A stretch of 64,000 nt of DNA from Aureliella sp. (GCA_963691875.1 OY829846.1:3200001-3264000); one strand, 5' to 3'; counted from the stretch's first letter, positions 20,025 to 31,000 are shown. Translations and numbers: made by a program. Notes: generated by a model not told the origin, from the sequence alone.

Positions 20025-21143
20025 ATGACTACCGAATCTGAAGTCGCAACTGCTGCGACAGCTGCTCGCGAAAAGCTAGACGCACACACTTACGAGACTG
20101 TTCAGTGGCATTTCCATGAAAGCACCGGTTCACCATTTTGGCTCGAGAAAAAAGCTGGGTTAAGCTTCGATCCACTGACAGAGGTAAAATGCTTCGAAGA
20201 CCTAAAGAAGTTCCCACTTTTTGAAGACGAGTGGTTGCGTGGAGGCCCGGTTCGAAGATGGGTGCCTAAGGGCATGGACGGACAACCGACCTACGTCTTC
20301 GAAACCGGCGGGACGACCGGCATCCCGAAGAGCCGCGTAGTCATCGACGACTTTCGTATCGACTACGAGATGTTCAGCCACACTTTGCCCGATGAGTATT
20401 TCCCCAAGGGCGCGAACTGGTTGATGCTTGGACCATCCGGTCCTCGCCGCTTGCGTCTGGCCGTCGAACACCTTTGTCAATTTCGCGGAGGTATCTCCTT
20501 CTGTATCGACCTAGATCCGCGTTGGGTGGTTAAGTTGATCAAGAAAGGCTGGATGGACCACTTGGAGGAATACAAGAAGCACTGTATTGATCAGGCTGTC
20601 ACGATTTTGACTGCAGGTCATGACATCAAGTGCATGTTCACAACACCTAAGTTACTTGAATCGCTGGCCTATGGGTTGGCTGAACGTGACACCAGTATTC
20701 AAGAAGTGGGCATCACAGGCATCTTTTCCGGCGGGACTGAGTTCACGCCACAATGGACACGTTTTTGCGTAGAAGAGCTGCTGGGCGGGCCAACTGAGGA
20801 CAGCGGAGTGTACATGACTCCGACCTACGGAAACACGTTGATGGGCCTCGCCTGCAGTCGCCCCGTCACGGAGGAAGAAGACTACAAGATCGCCTACTAC
20901 GCGCCACAGCCTCGAGCAGTGGTCGAAGTCGTCGATTTTGACGACCACACTCAAGTAGTACCTTACGCCGGAACTGGCCGCGTAAAATTGTATACGATGA
21001 CTAAGGAGTTCTTCGTCCCCGGCTTCTTGGAGAGAGACGAAGGGGAACGAGAAGAACCGTATTCATCCTATCCCTGGGACGGCGTGAGTGGCGTCAGGCC
21101 TTATCACGCTATTGCATCGCAGACCACTGTAGGCGTCTACTAA
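20025..21143 (+). CDS. Atypical short ANL-superfamily adenylating enzyme, EhpF/EsmB1-like
   Basis: WHFHESTGSPFWL N-terminal motif, P-loop FETGGTTGIPK, IDLDPRWVVK, PTYGNTL and FLERDEG. About 372 aa, ending without a full C-terminal subdomain. Confidence 0.7.
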   Translation: MTTESEVATAATAAREKLDAHTYETVQWHFHESTGSPFWLEKKAGLSFDPLTEVKCFEDLKKFPLFEDEWLRGGPVRRWVPKGMDGQPTYVFETGGTTGIPKSRVVIDDFRIDYEMFSHTLPDEYFPKGANWLMLGPSGPRRLRLAVEHLCQFRGGISFCIDLDPRWVVKLIKKGWMDHLEEYKKHCIDQAVTILTAGHDIKCMFTTPKLLESLAYGLAERDTSIQEVGITGIFSGGTEFTPQWTRFCVEELLGGPTEDSGVYMTPTYGNTLMGLACSRPVTEEEDYKIAYYAPQPRAVVEVVDFDDHTQVVPYAGTGRVKLYTMTKEFFVPGFLERDEGEREEPYSSYPWDGVSGVRPYHAIASQTTVGVY

Positions 21144-21212
21144 TTAGGTTTTCTGCGACAATCCACCGCGACTTTCATAACGCATTAGATCAAGAAATCA
21201 TCGGAGTAACCC

Positions 21213-22652
21213 GTGCTCACCATACCTGCCATTCGCTGGGGTAAACCCTACACTGCACTAGAGAAGCAAGAGGTTGTTCACTTTCTGAGTGGAGAACCGA
21301 TTGCGAGCATTTCACAAGTGAACGGTGGAATGCTCCAGCTCGACATGAAGAAGGCAGCCAGAGCACGAGCTGTGCTTCGAGAGATCCCTTCGGAAGATTT
21401 ATTATCAATGTGCGAGAAGGCGGCTGAGCTGTTTGAGTCGGCCGAGTTGCCCATGGGCGACGGGACGCAAACCGTTGACGACTTCATCCATCAGCAATCT
21501 GCTAGCACCGGTCTCCCGGAGCACATGTGCCTTGGCAATATGAAAAAGAACTCCTTCGTTCTAGCCAATATGCGGCAGATCCTAGACGCGCTGACACGAG
21601 GTCTGGATTTGTCCATCCTGAGTCGTGGATATGGCGAGGAGGGCCGTGGAGTCACCGTGAGTTACCAGGTGCAATCCCCCGTACTCGGTGCCGTCTTGCC
21701 GAATAATTCGCCCGGAGTTCACACGCTTTGGTTGCCAGCAATCCCACTTCAAATCGGTTTGCTGCTCAAGCCTGGGAGTCAAGAACCATGGACGCCGTAT
21801 CGAATGGTATCGGCATTCATGGAAGCCGGTGTTCCGGCGGAAGCATTTGCTCTCTACCCAGGCGGGCATGACGTAGGCTCGACTCTACTTACTCGCTGTA
21901 ACAGATCCATGGTTTTTGGCAGTGCTCAGACAGTCGAGCAGTACGCGGGCAATCCTCGCGTTCAGCCGCACGGCCCGGGTTTTTCGAAGATTCTGCTTGG
22001 CGATGATGTGGTGGACCAATGGGAAGACTACCTCGACATGATGGTCGAAAGTGTGTTTTCTAACAGTGGCCGTAGTTGCATCAACTGCTCTGGGATTTGG
22101 GCCTCGCGACATACCGATAAAATCGCTGCCGCATTGGCGGAAAGACTTGGGGCAGTAGATGTCTTGCCGCCTGATGATCCCGATGCCGGCCTGGCAGCCT
22201 TCACCAATGCCGCCATGGCGACAGGCACGTGGGGCATGGTCCAACAGGACCTTCAGGAATCAGGTGTCACCAACATGACCGAGGATTACGGTGATCGACT
22301 GGTAGAAAAAGAGCGCTGTGCTTATTTGCGACCGATGGTCGTCCACGCTGACAGTCCAGATCGTGGGGTTGCATCGAAGGAGTACATGTTCCCATTTGTC
22401 AGCGTCGTTCAATGCCCGCAGAAGGATATGGTCAAGAAGATCGGCCCAACGCTCGTCGGCACCGCGATCACCTCTGACCAGGATTTCATCTTGAGTCTTA
22501 CCGAGAGCACCTCTATTGATCGACTCAACATTGGTCCAATGCCCACCAATCGCTTGAATTGGTTGCAGCCACACGAAGGCAATTTGACGGAGTTCTTGTT
22601 CCGCTCACGTGCCTATCAAATTACGGAGTTGCCATCTGCCGTTGGTGCCTAG
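21213..22652 (+). CDS. Aldehyde dehydrogenase-fold protein, EhpG/EsmB2-like (probably acylating or reductive)
   Basis: LPNNSPGVH, LLKPGSQEPWT, catalytic NSGRSCINCS and EYMFPF. HGPGFSK stands where hydrolytic ALDHs have ELGGK. GTG start with GGAG Shine-Dalgarno. Confidence 0.8.
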   Translation: MLTIPAIRWGKPYTALEKQEVVHFLSGEPIASISQVNGGMLQLDMKKAARARAVLREIPSEDLLSMCEKAAELFESAELPMGDGTQTVDDFIHQQSASTGLPEHMCLGNMKKNSFVLANMRQILDALTRGLDLSILSRGYGEEGRGVTVSYQVQSPVLGAVLPNNSPGVHTLWLPAIPLQIGLLLKPGSQEPWTPYRMVSAFMEAGVPAEAFALYPGGHDVGSTLLTRCNRSMVFGSAQTVEQYAGNPRVQPHGPGFSKILLGDDVVDQWEDYLDMMVESVFSNSGRSCINCSGIWASRHTDKIAAALAERLGAVDVLPPDDPDAGLAAFTNAAMATGTWGMVQQDLQESGVTNMTEDYGDRLVEKERCAYLRPMVVHADSPDRGVASKEYMFPFVSVVQCPQKDMVKKIGPTLVGTAITSDQDFILSLTESTSIDRLNIGPMPTNRLNWLQPHEGNLTEFLFRSRAYQITELPSAVGA

Positions 22653-22819
22653 GCAACTTGCAGAATAGACGCCACCAATGGAAAGTGTGTCGAGTAAGAA
22701 ATACTGCGTGGAACGAACTCGGACTGGCAGTCTCTGACTAGCCTTCCGCCAAAGGTTTGCCGCCTCAGTGAATTCGCACGCGAAGGGCTTTCTCTTGGGT
22801 ACGTTACTTGAAAAAGGAT

Positions 22820-24415
22820 ATGAAACGGTCGCTCGATCGCTACCTAAGTCCACAGGCCCACGCTGCATGGCATTCTTGCCAGAACGGTGAGAAGCCCAAT
22901 TGGCAGGAGATCGAGTGCGACTATGTTGTGGTCGGCGCCGGTTCTAGTGGATGTGTGGTCGCAAACAGGCTGAGCGCCCGGCAAGATCCCTCTGACTCTG
23001 TTCTGTTGTTGGAAGCCGGTGGGTCTCCTGAGCAACGCTCTGGAGTGAAGGATTTTCTTTGCAGTCGCCGCCTACAGCAGAGCGACCTGGACTGGCAGCT
23101 GAAGACTCAAAAAGAGCAAGGCTTGGACGGACGCCGAATCGCTTGGCCACGTGGCCGCGGATTGGGAGGCAGCAGTCTACTCAACTACATGATCTACATG
23201 CGTGGCAGCCCAGCCCTATACGATTCATGGGCTGAGCTGACCGGCGATCCGAGGTGGAGCTACTCGCAAGTTCTAGCGTTCTTCAAGCGGAGCGAAAAGA
23301 ACCTTACCTTCGGTGGATCGCAGCACGGAACGTCTGGCGAGCTGATCGTTGATGATTGTCCCATTGCATCCTGCGAGCAAGAATTTTTTGGGACCGCCGC
23401 TGAGCAGGCTGGGCTAAAGAACAACTCGCGTTTCGATTTCAATGACGGAACGCAGAGTCGCGTCGGAACGGCGGGTCTTTATCAGCACACGGTGAAAGAT
23501 GGTAGACGCTGGAGTTCATTCGACGCGTTCTTGCGTCCAGCTATGGCGCGAGAGAACTTACAAGTGATGCCGCACGCGACTGTAACCAAGGTCTGCGTCG
23601 AGCAGGAACGTGCAGTGGCTGTCGAATTTCTTTCGGATGATGGGACATGGCAACGTGTTCTGGCACGCAAGGAAATCGTACTCTGCGCGGGAGCCATCGA
23701 TTCGCCGAGACTGCTAAAGCTGTCGGGAGTCGGTCCCGCTAACGAGCTACGTAAGCACGGGATCGATGTAGCGGTAGACGCGCCGGCCGTGGGCAATAAT
23801 CTATCGGATCATCCCGTCGTGCAGATGGTCTACCCTGCTCGCTCGGCGATTGCGGACGGCGATCTTCCCTGTGGCGGGTTGTTCTTGGCGAGCCCTGAGG
23901 CTGAGTTGGATAGAGACCTTCAGTTTCATCCCTACAGCTTTCAGGCCAAGCAACGCGGCTTCTTTTGCTTTGGCGTGACCTTAGTGCAGCCTCGTAGTGT
24001 TGGCAGCTTGGAACTCGTTGACAGTAAGGCTTTCAGTCCAGCGAGAATTCGAGCCAACTATCTAAGCGAGCCAGCTGACATCCTGGCGCTTCGGTATGGA
24101 GTCGAATTTGTCCACAAATTTGCGTCCACAAAGTCGATGGAGAGGCTGATTGGACGCGAATCACCATTGCATTTTGATGGTGGGACACTGGAGCAGTCCA
24201 TTCGCACATCCGCCAGTACGTTATTTCATCCCTCGGGAAGTTGCAGGATGGGTAGCGGAAGGGACAGTGTGGTGGATTCTGAAATGAAAGTTCAGCACGT
24301 GAGGGGGCTGCGAGTATGCGACGCCTCGATTTTTCCTAGCCCGGTAGATGGTAATACCAACGCGAGCTGTATTTTGGTTGCCGAGCGTCTCAGCCATCTT
24401 CTACTCGAACTTTGA
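22820..24415 (+). CDS. GMC family oxidoreductase (choline dehydrogenase-like)
   Basis: DYVVVGAGSSGCVVANRLS, LLLEAGG, PRGRGLGGSSLLNYMIYMRG, SPRLLKLSGVG, VGNNLSDH, FHPSGSCRMG and GNTNA. Confidence 0.9.
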   Translation: MKRSLDRYLSPQAHAAWHSCQNGEKPNWQEIECDYVVVGAGSSGCVVANRLSARQDPSDSVLLLEAGGSPEQRSGVKDFLCSRRLQQSDLDWQLKTQKEQGLDGRRIAWPRGRGLGGSSLLNYMIYMRGSPALYDSWAELTGDPRWSYSQVLAFFKRSEKNLTFGGSQHGTSGELIVDDCPIASCEQEFFGTAAEQAGLKNNSRFDFNDGTQSRVGTAGLYQHTVKDGRRWSSFDAFLRPAMARENLQVMPHATVTKVCVEQERAVAVEFLSDDGTWQRVLARKEIVLCAGAIDSPRLLKLSGVGPANELRKHGIDVAVDAPAVGNNLSDHPVVQMVYPARSAIADGDLPCGGLFLASPEAELDRDLQFHPYSFQAKQRGFFCFGVTLVQPRSVGSLELVDSKAFSPARIRANYLSEPADILALRYGVEFVHKFASTKSMERLIGRESPLHFDGGTLEQSIRTSASTLFHPSGSCRMGSGRDSVVDSEMKVQHVRGLRVCDASIFPSPVDGNTNASCILVAERLSHLLLEL

Positions 24416-24827
24416 TCTCCGTTCGATTTCCCCGTAGCGGAAGCCGTCGGGACTTTCGGCATCCTCCTCCTCTGTGGAATCGCTTGCGTCGGGCTCCCGC
24501 TTGAAGCCAAACCTGATACAGCTCGTTGGAGGGGTACCGGTAGAGTGGGCAGAACAGCTTGACTCTAGCTGTTTTGGATTCAGAGGCTTTAGAGAGATTG
24601 CATTTCACTGTCCGCCGGGGTGGAAAAATGGGTGAAATGGGTCAGATCAAGAGTTTTGTAAGAGCTCTAGTTCTTAGGGAACTAAAGACAGTACTAGGCG
24701 TCCAAGGCTCGGCACGTCAATCCGTACCCATCCTGAGCGAGGTACAGGGCGTTGAAAATGTCGTAGCAAAACTACAGTTACGAGAAGGACAGCTGGGATA
24801 TTTAGGGTACGCACCCCCCGTTGGAAT

Positions 24828-24855
24828 TTGCAACCAAAAGTGCCCCAACTATAAT
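24828..24855 (+). promoter_or_regulatory. Candidate sigma-70 promoter for the giant-protein genes
   Basis: TTGCAA (24828-24833), 16 nt spacer, perfect TATAAT (24850-24855), about 170 nt upstream of ATG 25026. Confidence 0.55.
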
Positions 24856-25025
24856 CGACCCCATCTACTCATGGGTCGAAATGCTCGTCCAACGTACGTT
24901 TTCGCCCCCTATTCGCTCTCCACGTGGTGGTTTTTCGCATTCGCGAGGCACGGCGTTTGTACGTTGTCTCCACCCTCCTGGGGGTGGTTTTGTGAAGCTC
25001 ACCTGAAAAAGCTAAGGGCTGGTTA

Positions 25026-28000
25026 ATGGCCAACCGTAAGTCTCATTCGGCATCCTTTTCCTCATCCTCAGACTCCCAAAAAGCCAAGCAAGACGCCAAG
25101 CGTCGTTTGCGTGGGCTGCTTCTGGAGACTCTTGAAGAACGTCGGCTGTTAGCAGTAGGTCCTCAGTTGGTTGGTATTCAACCAAACGGAAGTGACCTGC
25201 TTTTTAATGGCGATGTCAGGACGGAATCTCCGCGAGAATTAACTTTCCGATTCGACGACATGCAGCAAATCCATCCGGATACTCTGCAGGGGATTCGGCT
25301 AACCGCCAGTGGTGGCGACGGTTCGTTCGGCCTACCGTCGGCTGCAAGCGATTTTGGCAGCAGGGGTGCGGTTGAAATCCAACTCACCAGTACCGACGAA
25401 GATCGGACGCTTACCGTGAATGTCGGTAGTGTCGACCTGGGCAACGGCACAGCCCCCAGCTTCGGATTGTCCGGCGATACCATCACCATCGTCCTGAACT
25501 CGAATGCCACGAGCCCGACCACGGCACAACAGTTGGTCGACGCGATTAACACCGCTCCGCTGCTGCAATCTGTAATGACAGCTGCTATCAATGGGGGCCA
25601 TGCAGATGCCGCCTTGGGTACAAACGCTCTTTCCATTGCCGTGGTTGACGACAACGACGTCCGGATCGAGCCCGGTTTCGCAGTTGTCGGTCAAGCACCG
25701 AACGAAAATGAAGTAACGCTGCGTTACGGCGAGGCGCTGCCTGATGACCAATACCGCATCGAAGTCTTTGGTTTCGATGACAATGTTCAGGGCGTAGTTG
25801 GGCTTCGCAATAATGATGCGGGCCAACCAGGTGAGCTGTTTATTCCATCTGATCCGGGAACACGTAAAGACACAGTCGACTTCTACCTCGATCCTGGCCC
25901 GCAGGTCACTTCTGTGGTTCCTCAGCCAGTCATTCGAGGAAGCAATGGCCTCGAACAGCTTCGGGATACGATCGTTGTTCATTTCGACAACGACAAGCTG
26001 CTTGTAGAAAACGATGCCAACGGCAATCCAATGCCTCAGTCAGTTGAAAACCCTGAGTTCTATCAGCTGATCTTCACCAAAGACACAGTTCGCAATACGG
26101 ATGATTTCCGTTTCTTCCCACAGAACGTTGAATACAACGCTGTCACCAACTCAGCGACTCTGCGTTTTGGTCAGGACATTAACGATCTGCCAGGAGCTAA
26201 TGCTGGTCCACGTACTTTCCGCTTGCGAGTTGGTACGAGGGAAAGTGCTCCAATGGCACCGGTCGTTAGCAATGCCGCTGCCACCACGATTTCTGATCTG
26301 AACACTGACGGAGCTGCGAAATTCCGTTTCGTCGCGCGAGAGCTCGGTGAAGCTGGCAATGGAGTTGAAATCGTTGTCGTGAATTCACTTTCTGGAAATC
26401 CGCTAGAAATCACGGCCAGTGGCAAGACGATCAATGTCGATCTCGGAAGTAATAACGTCACAGCAGGAGAGTTGTTAGTCGCTCTGCAGAACAGTTCTGC
26501 TTCGTCCGGTCTGGTTTCGATTCAGCTCGAGCCAGGTAGCGACCCGAACGTCGTCCTAGACCAGCCAATCAACTATTCTCCGATCCAAGTAGTTGGTCTT
26601 GGCAGTTCATTTGACACCGCAGGCGATCTAGGTGTCATTGGTTCCACGGACGTGAATCAGACGAGCATTATCCTTTCGTCTGATATTGATCCTGTTGCCT
26701 TTGAGTCTGACTTGGTGGGTGCCAATGACGATCCTGGCCACCGTCAACTGCCTGACACGGCAGGTTTTGAGCGGCATATTAACGATCTATTCGGTGCGGA
26801 TAGTATCGATGGCGTAACGACTATTCCTTACAACTTCCAACTGCTTTACGGCGAGGACTCGATCGGTACGCCCCTGACGAACGCGATTACCGAAAAGCAG
26901 AAGGAACGGGCTCGGGAAGCGCTGCAGATCTGGTCCAACCAAATTGGTGTTCAGTTTATCGAAACGGACTCGCAAGGCATCACGATTGCCACGGGCTCTT
27001 TCAATGCATTTGACGGACCTGGTGCGGGGCAGGTTATCACCGAAGGCGGTATTTCCACGGGAGTGCGGATCGATCCGACTTTCGAAGACAGTTTGTTGGT
27101 GCTGAGCGCTGTTCGCCAATGGGAAGACAACTACGGAGAGGACTACTTCCGTGCGGCACTCACTGGCATGGGAATGTTACTTGGGCTGGAAAGAGCTGGT
27201 GACACTCCCGTTGGCACACTGATGCGACTGAGTACTGGTTTTGTCAATGGCAGTGGCGCTGAGCCGATTTTCCCTGGCACGATCGACGTCCTGCATGCTC
27301 AGCACGTGTTCCGCAATGACAGTAATGATATCGATTTGTATCGGTTCGAAGTCGACCTTGAGCCCGGACGCGAAGGCCTGTTTGTTGCGGAGACTTTCGC
27401 TGAACGGCTCCCGAACAGCAGCTCACTCGACACTTTGCTGCATGTCTACAAGCAGCGTCAGGCGTTTGCAAACAGCAATTTCGCTGCCGGGGCTGGCTTG
27501 AATGTACGGTTCGACGCTATCAAACCTGGTCGCCTCGGTAACAACCTGGAAATCTTTGTGACAAGCAGTGATCGTGGCGCCGGTGCTCCGGTTCTCGTTA
27601 GTGCATTCGAAAACCTAATCACTGTCGATCTCAATAGCCACCTGGGAACGGAAAGCACCGCGCAGCAAGTCGTGGACGCGATCAATGCTGACACGGCTGC
27701 AGCTGCGTTGGTCAGAGCGTCGGTAACTGGCGGCAGCCCCAGTACTGTTCTGGGCAGCCGAGAAATCACTTACAGCCCGATAGTACTGAGTGATGGTGAT
27801 GTCGAGCTGATCGCTCGCAACGACGACTATTCGAGTGAAGATTCCAAGATCGAGTTGAATCTTGGAAGCGGAACCTACTACATCGGCGTCAGCGCGAGTG
27901 GCAATGACGCGTACGATGGAGTCATCGAAGACACGGGACTGGACGGTTCTACGCAAGGTCGATACGACCTACGAGTGACCTATCGTGCCCAAGTAGATGC

Positions 28001-31000
28001 AGCAGATAGTATTCGCGATGCAGCTGGTACCTTCCCTGGCGATGAGTCGATCATCTTTGACGGCGACGCGGACGGAACTCCAGGCGGCACCTACGATTTC
28101 TGGTTCCAAACGCGACCACTAAATCGGGTGCTGAGCTTCAACGCTGGTGCTACACCTTCGCTGGAAGGAAAGATCGTCGAGCTGACGGGCGCCAACGGCG
28201 TAACGCGTCGCTTCGAGTTTACGACCTCTACTTTCGTAGGCGTTGGCAACACAGCGGTCGTTTTCACTTCTGGTGCAAATTCTGGCACACTGGCCGCGAG
28301 TCTGGCTCAAGCTATCCTTTCGAGGCCAGAACTTGGCATCAACGCTGTTGCTAACGGCGACGAAATTGAATTGACCGGCGATCGATCTGTCGATCTTTCA
28401 CCCGGTTTGGATGTCATCGACATCCTCGGCAAGACAATTTTCGTGGACAAGACAGCAGGGGTGAATGCTGATGGCTCGTTGGCGCGGCCCTTCAACAACA
28501 TCTCCGGTGCGGGTGTTCCAAATGCATTTGAGGCTGCACAGCCCGGCGATATCGTACGGATTGTTGGAAACGGCGGTGGTGACGATGACATCACCACAGT
28601 CGGAGATAACTTTGCCTATGAAGTTGGCTTCAGCCTGATCGGCAATAACCCACTTAGCGACGGTGATGCACTTGAGGTTCCCCAGGGCGTGACGACCATG
28701 ATTGATGCCGGGGCGATCTTCAAGTTGCGAAGATCCCACATCGGCGTCGGTAGCTCGAACTTGGGTGTAGACCGCAGTGGTGCAGCTCTGCAAGTTCTCG
28801 GTACTCCGTATCTGACGGACACTGACGGCGGCTTCCTGCGAGATCCGCTCGGCAACAAAGTTCCTGGTAGTGTCTTCTTCACTTCGTGGCTGGATGAGGC
28901 AATAGGTCAAGATACTTATCTGCCAGACACCCAAGCCTCGACGGGCGACTGGGGTGGCATCTCCTACCGAGACGACGTGGACACCGATGCAGGCAGACGA
29001 AATCTCGAAGATGAAGGGATCTTCCTGCAGTACGTGAACCATGCTGATCTACGATACGGTGGCGGCAGCGTAAACATCGATTCGGTCGAGCAAGTAGTCA
29101 ATCCGATTCAAATGATTGACGTCCGTCCTACGGTCACTTTCAACACCGTTTCTCTGAGTGCTGATGCAGCGATGAGTGCGGCGCCGGATAGCTTTGCTGA
29201 AACCAGTTTCCACGAGCCTCTGTATCAGCTGGGCGGGCTCTTCACCAGCGACTACTCGCGGGTCGGTCCAGAAATACACAACAACCAACTGAACAACAAC
29301 TCGTTGAATGGTCTTTTCATCAAGGTCGAAACTGCTGCCGGCCAATCGATTCGTCCGCTCACTGTGGGTGCTCGATTTAACGATATCGACATCACGCATA
29401 TCGTGGCCGAGAACGTGATTGTCACCGGAACCCCAGGTGGTGCCATTCTCGATACCACTATTCCGCGAGCGAACTTAGTATCACTTGAACCCATTCCAGG
29501 CGGTTCCTTACTACCAGGTTCTTACAATTACAAGATCTCGTTCGTAGATGCTGCGGGCTATGAGACGCCGGCATCTGAAGCGAGCTTTACAGCGGCTCTG
29601 ACACCCGGTGCTGAGCAGGCAATTCGCTTACGCGGTCTACCCCGAGCCACAGGCGAGTATGTTAGTCGTCGCCTATACCGCAGTGATTCGCAGGGCGGGG
29701 GGGTCTACGAGCGAGTCGCAGAGATCGACGCGATTTCGACTGAGTTCCTAGATACTGGATTGCAAGCCGCTGGTAAGCTCACTCGCGATCGTGCCGATGT
29801 ATCTGGCGTGACAGGCCTGGCTTCCGCGGGACAAGGGACGCTCAATGGCGTATTCAATTATCGCTTGGTGATGGTTGACGCGGCAGGCCGTGAAAGCCTA
29901 GCTTCCAATCCTACTGGCGATGTCGATACCGGTGCAGCCACTAATGCAAGTATCACACTGACCGGCTTGCCGACTGTCCAAGCTGACTTTGTTAGCGCGA
30001 GGGTTTATCGGAGTGCCACTGGCGGTGCTGGCCCATACATTCTTGTCGGTAGCTACGGTCCAAGCGACACAGCGTTTACCGATAACGGCACAAATCTTGG
30101 CACCGAACTTTCCATCTACACCAGTGGTAACCTAAGACCACGACTCGATGCCAGCCTGGTCATCGATCCAGGTGCTGTCGTGAAGTTTGAAGGTGCACGT
30201 ATCGAGCTTGAGCAAGGCACGAATATGCTCGCTGAAGGTGTTGATGGTGCTGATATCATCCTTACTAGTTTGCTAGATGATCGATTCGGCGCAAGCGGTT
30301 CCTTCGACACCAACAACGATTTCGATTCTGCTAGCCCGGCCCCTCGGGATTGGGGCGGCATCTACGCCGGCTCTGGGTCTAACCTGAGCCTCGATCTCAC
30401 GACATTTGCCTACGCAGGCGGTGTGACCAGGATTGAAGGTACCTTCAAGGCATTCAACCCGATTGAGATCCAGCAGGCGGAAGCACGGATCACAAACTCG
30501 CACTTTGAATTCAATGAAGATGGTATTGGCGGACAAGGACCGACCAATCGACTTGGGCGACTCGACAACCGCCCTGCAACGATATTTGTGCGTGCTGCAC
30601 AGCCAATCATTTTTGGCAATACTTTTGAAAACAACGCTGGTTCTGTCATCGACATTGATGCTGATAGTCTCAATGCAAAGCTCAAGGGAGATTATGGCCG
30701 TTCGACGGGGCTGATCGATCGCGTGGAAGGTCTCGATACCAATCGCGGACCATTGGTTCGAGACAATCGCCTAGCGAATAACGAGTTGAACGGCATGGAG
30801 ATCCGTGGTCGCGAACTGCGGACAGCGAGTGTTTGGGACGACACGGATATCGTTCACGTCCTATTCAACAGCGTGAGCGTTTCCAATCTGCAGCACGAAG
30901 GCGGATTGCGTTTGCAAAGCTCGCCAAGTGAATCGTTGGTCGTCAAGCTGCTCGGTTATGGTTCCAACTTCGACTTGACCGCTGGTACGGGTATCACAGC

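Noticed and set aside
20025..22652. Reading the adenylase/ALDH pair as LuxE/LuxC bioluminescence genes or as a phenazine biosynthetic cluster
   Set aside because: No luxA/B/D and no phz core genes are in the window, and the motifs fit EhpF/EhpG-type proteins better. Product claims are unsupported.
24559..25026. 155-aa ORF upstream of giant protein 1
   Set aside because: TTG start, no motifs, and it spans the candidate promoter and leader; probably spurious.
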